Source: Flavobacteriales bacterium (GTDB lineage: Bacteria > Bacteroidota > Bacteroidia > Flavobacteriales > BACL11). From it: DNA of 64,000 bases. Each line of letters opens with the position of its first letter. The first letter of the stretch is position 1. The DNA lies in the NCBI GenBank assembly GCA_018645865.1, contig JABGVU010000099.1, forward strand, positions 5,291-69,290. Reading direction: 5' to 3'. Positions 57,902-64,000 of this stretch are shown here, in pieces. Made by a program: the position numbers and the translations under genes. The notes beneath the pieces are model-generated. The model saw only the letters and a program-made list of their open reading frames with translations, did no database searches and was not told the origin of the DNA.

Positions 57902-59327
57902 ATATTACTTAATAGTATTTTTCCCAATTTTTTCAAGTGGACAGATATCGACATTTCATTCAGGATTTAATGATATTTTTTTTAAAACTGATTCCAGACC
58001 ATGGTTGAAGTTTTATAACACTGATTCAGATACTTTAGTTGCTCCTAATACTGATACAATTCAATATTTTAGTTTAGATTCAAAATTGTTTAGCATAGGG
58101 TCAGCTAATAAATCAGATTATGCATGTACATATTTATTTTCTGCAAGCTTGTTTTCTAATTTCAAGAATAAAATAACTTTCACTTCCCATTTTGATTACT
58201 TGGCAGGAAATCATAATAAATTAATTAAAGAATTCCAAGATTCATTATTTATTTTTCCTGGATTTGGGAGAGAGAAAAGTAGATTACAATATAATCTAAA
58301 ATATTTTGTTAATAAATTCATAACTGTTGATTTTGGAAAAGGAAAACATTTTATAGGAAATGGGTATCGTTCTCTGATGTTATCTGCTGAACATTCTCCT
58401 TATCCGTATTTGAAGTTATCTACTGAATTTGGCAGAGTTAAATATTATAATTTATACACTACTTTTTTAGATATACAAGATCCAAATCAGAATAGAAAAA
58501 AGCATTCTTCAATTCATTTTTTAGATTTTAGTTTAACAGAAAATATAAATATTGGTATTTTCGAGGGTGTACTCTGGCAAGCAAAAAATGAAAATTATAA
58601 TAGAGGATATGATCTAGAGTATTTGAATCCAATTATTTTTTATCGCCCAGTAGAGTTTTCAAAACACTCTCCTGATAATGTGTTGATTGGTGGAAATTTT
58701 AATGCAAAAATTAAGACAACAACTTTTTATGGGCAAGTTTTATTAGATGATTTGAATATATCTAGACAAAAAGATAGGGACGAAGGATATAGTGAAGGGT
58801 TTTTTCAGAATAAGTTTGCTTATCAATTAGGGCTTAAATCGTCTTTTAAAAAAATAAATCTTTTATTGGAGTATAATCAAGCACAACCCTATACTTATGC
58901 GCATAAAGAACCGATGCAATCTTATACACATTTTAACCAAGCTTTAGCACATCCATTGGGTGCAAATTTTAAAGAGTTACTTATGCTTGCAAATTACAGT
59001 AAACAGAAATGGAAGTTTAGCATTAAATTAACGCATGCTAAGGTTGGTTTGGATTCTCTGTATTCGCATTATGGCCAAAATATATTTGTTTCTGATTTTG
59101 AGGCTCAAGGTGTTGGTAGTCAATATTCATATGGAAATTTTAATGGACAAGGCGTTTCAACTATAATTAACACTTTGCATACTGAAATTCTCTATTCGTT
59201 TAAATGGTTTGATCTTTTTGGCTCGGTATTTTATAAAAATAAAAAGTCTGATCTACTGGATCAGACTTTATTATGGTATTCAGTTGGGATAAGAACCTTT
59301 CCATTCTCAACTTTTAAGGACTATTAA
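57885..59327 (+). CDS. Predicted outer-membrane beta-barrel protein, Wzi/RemB-like (capsule-assembly family), tentative
   Basis: The ATG at 57885 gives the signal peptide MKKLYKYYLIVFFPIFSSGQ. The protein is rich in aromatic/Gly beta-strand patterns and sits at the distal end of the glycan locus. The family assignment is from memory of similar Flavobacteriia proteins. Confidence 0.5.
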   Translation: MKKLYKYYLIVFFPIFSSGQISTFHSGFNDIFFKTDSRPWLKFYNTDSDTLVAPNTDTIQYFSLDSKLFSIGSANKSDYACTYLFSASLFSNFKNKITFTSHFDYLAGNHNKLIKEFQDSLFIFPGFGREKSRLQYNLKYFVNKFITVDFGKGKHFIGNGYRSLMLSAEHSPYPYLKLSTEFGRVKYYNLYTTFLDIQDPNQNRKKHSSIHFLDFSLTENINIGIFEGVLWQAKNENYNRGYDLEYLNPIIFYRPVEFSKHSPDNVLIGGNFNAKIKTTTFYGQVLLDDLNISRQKDRDEGYSEGFFQNKFAYQLGLKSSFKKINLLLEYNQAQPYTYAHKEPMQSYTHFNQALAHPLGANFKELLMLANYSKQKWKFSIKLTHAKVGLDSLYSHYGQNIFVSDFEAQGVGSQYSYGNFNGQGVSTIINTLHTEILYSFKWFDLFGSVFYKNKKSDLLDQTLLWYSVGIRTFPFSTFKDY

Positions 59328-60901
59328 AACTCTATTTCATTACCATTTTTATATGCTATTATTAGTGCATTTTCATATCCCATCCTTAACATTCTTTTTT
59401 GATATTTAATTGCATTTTCTAGATTATAGAACATCCCTGCTATATAGGTAGTGCTATTTTCATTAATAGGAATTGTTATTACTTCATCTTCATCAAATAA
59501 AGCTGCAGGAGTGTTATACTCTCCAAATGTTCCAAGTTTTACTCTAAAAATATGTAAATCACTCATGCCAAGCGCTAATTGATCTTGTCTACTAAATGAT
59601 TTTATTAATTCATTCCTGCATTTTTCATAATTCTGTTGTGCTCTAATTGCTTTACTATCTTCATTTTCCTTTTTATAGATGTAGATTAAGTTTTCATGAG
59701 CAGGAAGAAATAACTTATCAGTTTTAATAACTATTTTAAATAGTTTAATTGCTTTACTCATATACTCTGATTTTGTTGCTCCTCTTGAATTAGTAGCAAA
59801 AGTATAATGAGCAACTGCTAGGTTATAGGCCCACTTCTTGTTTTTATAAATTTTAGGAGTTAATTTTCCTAGATGTCTTTTTGATTGTCCTATCCCTCTT
59901 TTATCCCCACTTGCTAAGAAAGCAATTGCTAAGTTTCCTCTTGTAAAATTTAATCCATCATCATTTATTTTTCCTCTTTTAAATTTTTTCTCCGTATTTT
60001 TAAGATGTACCTGTGCAGTTGTATATTCTTTGTTGCTTAAAGCTTTTACACCAAGATTGTACTCTCCAATTCCTTCTTGAATTTGTATCATACTTCTGTC
60101 ATTAATTTTGTTAACTTTATTGAATTGAAGGTGATCATCTTTGCTTAAGATTTTAAGATTTGTAATATCTGGACGCTCCCCTTTTGGGATGAATTTTTTA
60201 TTTTTTTCTTGCTTTTTTATTTTCTGATTGTTAGATGGTTTTGATTTTTGATTTTTTTCAATTAATTTATCTTTAGCTGTTTCCATTCTCTGAATCACTT
60301 TGTCAGCATCTTTTTCATTTCCAGATTTTCTATATATATCTTCAAGAGTTACATATGCTTGGAAATTAAATTCATCTTTTCTTATAATAGAACTAAGGAA
60401 TGATGCTGCTTCAGAAGAATTACCAACTTTATTGTGAGCTATAGCAATATTATACGTCCAATTGTTATTAGAATATATTCTAGAAGTAATTAGGTTTAAG
60501 AAACGTTTACTAAGAGCTAAATCTTCATTATTTCCTGAGTTAGCATAGCATAACGCCATATTAACTCTAATGAAATTTAATCCATCATCACTTAGTTTAG
60601 CTCTTTTATACCTTTTCATTGCGCTTTTGAATTCATTAATAGCAGAAGAATATTCCTTCTTTTTCATTAATTCTACTGCAGTAGAATAATGTGCTTCCGC
60701 TAACTTTGATTGATCAATAGCTCGTTTAGTTAAATTTTTAGGGTTTTCATATTGTAAAATGTCTTTTACATCTGAAATTGGTTCCCATGTATATGCTTTA
60801 AGATTAGATGTGTAAAGTGCTGAGTCTAAGTTACTTGCAGTAATACTAGATGTGAAAATTACTAGTGTAATTACTAATAGGTAAAGAGTCTTTTTTATCA
60901 T
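59324..60901 (-). CDS. Secreted TPR-like repeat protein with an internal 209-aa duplication and a C-terminal SPOR-like domain
   Basis: A signal peptide is followed by two homologous modules (KLSDDGLNFIRVNMALCYANSG at aa 102-123 and KINDDGLNFTRGNLAIAFLASG at aa 311-332). The C-terminus FRVKLGTFGEYN...YIAGMFYNLENAIKYQKRMLRMGYENALIIAY has SPOR-like topology. Confidence 0.55.
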   Translation of the reverse strand: MIKKTLYLLVITLVIFTSSITASNLDSALYTSNLKAYTWEPISDVKDILQYENPKNLTKRAIDQSKLAEAHYSTAVELMKKKEYSSAINEFKSAMKRYKRAKLSDDGLNFIRVNMALCYANSGNNEDLALSKRFLNLITSRIYSNNNWTYNIAIAHNKVGNSSEAASFLSSIIRKDEFNFQAYVTLEDIYRKSGNEKDADKVIQRMETAKDKLIEKNQKSKPSNNQKIKKQEKNKKFIPKGERPDITNLKILSKDDHLQFNKVNKINDRSMIQIQEGIGEYNLGVKALSNKEYTTAQVHLKNTEKKFKRGKINDDGLNFTRGNLAIAFLASGDKRGIGQSKRHLGKLTPKIYKNKKWAYNLAVAHYTFATNSRGATKSEYMSKAIKLFKIVIKTDKLFLPAHENLIYIYKKENEDSKAIRAQQNYEKCRNELIKSFSRQDQLALGMSDLHIFRVKLGTFGEYNTPAALFDEDEVITIPINENSTTYIAGMFYNLENAIKYQKRMLRMGYENALIIAYKNGNEIEF

Positions 60902-60941
60902 TGTTTTATAGTTTTCTATTTTGATTGCAAAGTATGAAAAA

Positions 60942-63900
60942 TTATTGAAGTAATATTTTATGATTTACTATTTGATTATTTACTTTTAAACGTATAAAAT
61001 AAATACCACTTGGAAGATGTGACATATCTAATTTTGATGTAGTTATATTTTTAAATGGAACTTCTTCTCCAATATTGTTAACGATTGATAATTCAGTTAT
61101 TATATCCTCAGAATAAATATTTATTAATCCTGTTGTTGGATTTGGAAAAATTCTGAGATTAGTAGATTGAATACTTGTTGTATTACTAATAAGATCATTT
61201 ACATTGTAAAATGCTGTGTCTGATATGCATCCTATAGTGCTTTCAGCAATAACCCAATATTGTCCATTTGATATTGGTGAAATATTTTGAGTAATTTCAC
61301 TTGTGTTCCAAACATATGAATTTGGTATTCCTCCACTAGATAAATCAGCATTTAGGATATTAGAATTATATGTTATTCCAATTAAAAATGGAATAGGATT
61401 ATTTATGATAGTTATGTCGTTAGAAATTGAACACCCATTTGCATCTGTAACATTAACATTATATATGCCTGGAATAAGATTAGAAATTGATTGAGTAATT
61501 TCTCCATTTGACCATGCAAAATTATATATACCAGTACCTCCCTGTATAGTTGCTTGAGCTAAACCATCATCTCCATTATTATTACAAGTAGTAGTATCTT
61601 GACTTGATAATGTTAAAATAAGTGGGTCAGGCTGGCTAATTGTAATATTATTTACTACTGTAATACATCCATTTCCGTCTGTTAATTGACAACTGTAAGT
61701 TCCAGCACATAAAGGCGGTAAATTATTAATACCCCAATCTTGTGTTACTACTCCAATAGCATTTGTAGGCAAGAAGATTGGTGTTGCATCACATAATCCG
61801 TAACAACTAACATTTGTAGAGTTTATTGTATCTATAATTGCTGTGAATGGTAAAGGATTATTAATAGTGATATTGCTAGTTTGAGAACAGTTATTATTAT
61901 CCTTTACGGCTAAGCTATAATTGCCAGATGAAAGGTTGTTAAAGTTATTATTGCTTTGAAAACTGATACCATTATTTATTGAGAATAAGTATGGTGAAGC
62001 TCCTTGACTTACTAATAAGTTAATAATTCCATTTGATCCATTATGACAACTAATGCTTGAAACTGCTGTTGTTATAATCATTGAGTCAGGGTTTAATAAG
62101 GTAAAGGTATCCCTAACAATACAGCCATTTACATCAGTTATTTGAATATTATGAATTCCTGCACTTAGTACTGTGCTAATATTAGAAGTGCTATTACTCC
62201 ATGTGAAAGAATAAGGTAGTGTTCCTCCATAGGTGTATGCTGTCGATACAGTATTACTATTATAACAAAGTATGCTATCTGAATAAATAGAAACTTCAAG
62301 CTCATTTGGTTGAATTACCTCAAAAATGAAATGTGTTGAATCCCCTGAAGATATTACTGATAAATTATATACTCCTGAACATAAATTAAATATATCTTCA
62401 TCTGTTGAGTTAAATCCATTGGGACCATTCCAATAAGTTGTAAGTGTTGCTAAAGGAGAAAATATAGGATTGATGTAAATTGATCCGTTACAACTGTCAT
62501 AACAACTAGTTGATAGGTTGCTATTTATACTGTCGAAATTAAGTGTTAAAGCCAATGGTTCATCAATCAAATAAACAGAAGAGTCTGAACATCCTAAGGA
62601 GTCAACTACCATAACATTGTACTGACCTGATGTTAAATTATATATTGAGTTAGTATTTCCTCCATTACTCCATGAATAAGAGAAATTTCCATTTCCTCCA
62701 TTTGCCTGCACAGAAATAGCTCCATCATTATTGCCATAAATACTAACATTAGTGAGAGTTAATAATTGAATTGAAACAGGTAATGGTTCAATAATAGATG
62801 AACTAAGATTATTATTACATCCATTGGCATCTGTAACTAATAAGTCATAATTTCCTTCGCATAAGTTTTTGATAGTATCATTAACATTAACTAATCCATT
62901 AGGGTATGTCCAAGTGAAATTATATGGAGGAGTTCCGTCAAATGATGTTGGAATCAATGTTCCATTGCAATCATTATAACATGTTACATTCAAAGAATCA
63001 ATATGTGAGATTAATGCAAAACTAGGCTCCGTAATAAAGAAATTTTGAACTAAGGACGGGCAACCAGAACTGTCCGTTATAGTTAAGGAATAATTTCCAA
63101 CTGATAAAGAGTCGTTAATTGGGAAATTACTTAAAGAAACTCCATTAACATCTGTCCAATAAAAATTATATGGAGCAATTCCATTTGATATTGAATCAAG
63201 AATTATAAATCCATTATTTTGTCCTTTACAACTAATGTTTACTCCATTATAATCTGATAAAGTTGTATGAGCATATAAAGCAGATGGTTCTGATATTATA
63301 ATGCTGTCAATATAAATACAGTTATTTTGATCAATTATTGCAAAAGTTTGGGTGCTTGCATATATATTGTTAATCGATATAGTATCTGAATTTACTGATG
63401 GATTAATTATTGCTCCTGAGATTGAGTATGAAGGAATTCCTCCAGTTATAGTAAAAGATAATGATCCATCATTATATCCATGACAACTAACATTTTCATA
63501 TGTTTCTATCATGTTAATTTGACTAGGTTCAGTAATTGTTACCGGCATATTAAACTGACATCCTAAAGAATCCTCAATTTCTAATAGGTATATCCCTTGA
63601 GATAAACTGTCAATATAAGTAGATTCAGCTACATTATTCCATTTTAAATTAAAGGGTCCAACTCCTCCAATAATTGAAATGTCAATTGATCCATCATTTA
63701 ATCCATTACAAGAAACGGAATAATTATTGTAATCAGATATAGTGTTTATAGTGTAAAGGCTATCATTCTCATTAATAAATATAGAATCTAAAAGTGTACA
63801 GTTGTTATCGTCTAAGATTGTGCAATAGGAAAAGCCTGATGTTAAGTTTGTTGCTATCGAATCTATAGAAATTGTATCTGTCAGAAAGTTTGACCATACT

Positions 63901-64000
63901 AAATTGTATGGAGAAACTCCTCCGGTAACAGATATATTTGCTGCTCCACTGCCTCCATAGCAATCAATAGGATCAATTACACTTAAAGTAGCAGATAATG
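60942..64000 (-). CDS. Giant cell-surface SprB-repeat protein with a type-A T9SS C-terminal sorting domain; the 5' end lies outside the window
   Basis: More than 10 tandem repeats of about 75-90 aa follow the pattern C-x-G-x-N(D)G...GG-x-x-P-Y-x-(F/Y)-x-W...G-x-Y...D-x-NGC. The C-terminus LRIFPNPTTGLINIY...LPSGIYFIRLKVNNQIVNHKILLQ is a Por_Secre_tail-type CTD. I translated 63549-63998 by hand in the same frame and found no stop, so the ORF continues past the listed ATG at 63548. Confidence 0.8.
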   Translation of the reverse strand, partial: LSATLSVIDPIDCYGGSGAANISVTGGVSPYNLVWSNFLTDTISIDSIATNLTSGFSYCTILDDNNCTLLDSIFINENDSLYTINTISDYNNYSVSCNGLNDGSIDISIIGGVGPFNLKWNNVAESTYIDSLSQGIYLLEIEDSLGCQFNMPVTITEPSQINMIETYENVSCHGYNDGSLSFTITGGIPSYSISGAIINPSVNSDTISINNIYASTQTFAIIDQNNCIYIDSIIISEPSALYAHTTLSDYNGVNISCKGQNNGFIILDSISNGIAPYNFYWTDVNGVSLSNFPINDSLSVGNYSLTITDSSGCPSLVQNFFITEPSFALISHIDSLNVTCYNDCNGTLIPTSFDGTPPYNFTWTYPNGLVNVNDTIKNLCEGNYDLLVTDANGCNNNLSSSIIEPLPVSIQLLTLTNVSIYGNNDGAISVQANGGNGNFSYSWSNGGNTNSIYNLTSGQYNVMVVDSLGCSDSSVYLIDEPLALTLNFDSINSNLSTSCYDSCNGSIYINPIFSPLATLTTYWNGPNGFNSTDEDIFNLCSGVYNLSVISSGDSTHFIFEVIQPNELEVSIYSDSILCYNSNTVSTAYTYGGTLPYSFTWSNSTSNISTVLSAGIHNIQITDVNGCIVRDTFTLLNPDSMIITTAVSSISCHNGSNGIINLLVSQGASPYLFSINNGISFQSNNNFNNLSSGNYSLAVKDNNNCSQTSNITINNPLPFTAIIDTINSTNVSCYGLCDATPIFLPTNAIGVVTQDWGINNLPPLCAGTYSCQLTDGNGCITVVNNITISQPDPLILTLSSQDTTTCNNNGDDGLAQATIQGGTGIYNFAWSNGEITQSISNLIPGIYNVNVTDANGCSISNDITIINNPIPFLIGITYNSNILNADLSSGGIPNSYVWNTSEITQNISPISNGQYWVIAESTIGCISDTAFYNVNDLISNTTSIQSTNLRIFPNPTTGLINIYSEDIITELSIVNNIGEEVPFKNITTSKLDMSHLPSGIYFIRLKVNNQIVNHKILLQ
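61150..64000 (-). repeat. Coding tandem array of SprB-type Cys-containing repeats
   Basis: The protein-level periodicity is described under the CDS entry. The DNA copies are diverged and are not identical repeats. Confidence 0.7.

Noticed and set aside
40277-59327. I considered calling the glycan locus a mobile genomic island.
   Set aside because: I saw no integrase, transposase, tRNA target or flanking direct repeats. The evidence for horizontal origin is limited to spot GC counts and gene relics, so it is reported as a mosaic locus and not as a mobile element.
60942-64000. The highly repetitive DNA could be mistaken for a CRISPR or tandem-repeat array.
   Set aside because: The periodicity is at the protein level (75-90 aa, diverged copies) within one long open frame. 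There are no short identical direct repeats with unique spacers.

Overview
This is a 64-kb chromosomal window from a low-GC member of the Bacteroidota. Gene content and order look Flavobacteriia-like: gld/T9SS genes, a dcw cluster without murF/ddl, and an FtsZ ending in NNSFLHDNVD. It is almost entirely coding, with tightly packed and often overlapping operons.

- 0-34.5 kb is conserved housekeeping. It holds kpsF (partial)-tatC-lptB, purS-pssA, lnt, nadE, gldB-gldC, engB and an alpha/beta hydrolase. It also holds a complete mraZ-rsmH-ftsL-ftsI-murE-mraY-murD-ftsW-murG-murC-ftsQ-ftsA-ftsZ cluster preceded by phased MraZ boxes. After that come three small secreted/membrane ORFs, groES-groEL, secG-TPR-lptE-like-sigma54 activator-miaB, topA, and an arginase-fold protein with degenerate metal motifs.
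- 34.7-40.3 kb is the type IX secretion/gliding motor operon porP-gldK-gldL-gldM-gldN, closed by a clean terminator.
- 40.4-59.3 kb is a visibly AT-richer, mosaic surface-glycan locus with two complete Wzx/Wzy-type assembly lines. Each line has its own initiating phosphoglycosyl transferase, flippase and polymerase. The locus also contains a SULT-type sulfotransferase, a PglF/PglE/PglC-like 4-amino-sugar module without an obvious N-acetyltransferase, a GT56 (WecF-like) transferase, a split Alg14/Alg13 transferase and a gpsA paralog. Three gene relics (ugd, a degT-type N-terminal stub, an fcl C-terminal tail) sit at cassette junctions.
- 59.3-64 kb encodes a TPR + SPOR-like protein with a 209-aa internal duplication. 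It also encodes a giant SprB-repeat adhesin with a type-A T9SS C-terminal sorting domain that runs off the window.

I saw no rRNA, tRNA, CRISPR array, transposase, integrase or recognisable defence genes. The best candidate for something undescribed is glycan cassette A, predicted to make a sulfated and possibly free-amine (zwitterionic) or unusually N-acylated polysaccharide. Its position between the T9SS motor operon and a T9SS adhesin adds to the interest. All functional calls rest on by-eye motif recognition only.
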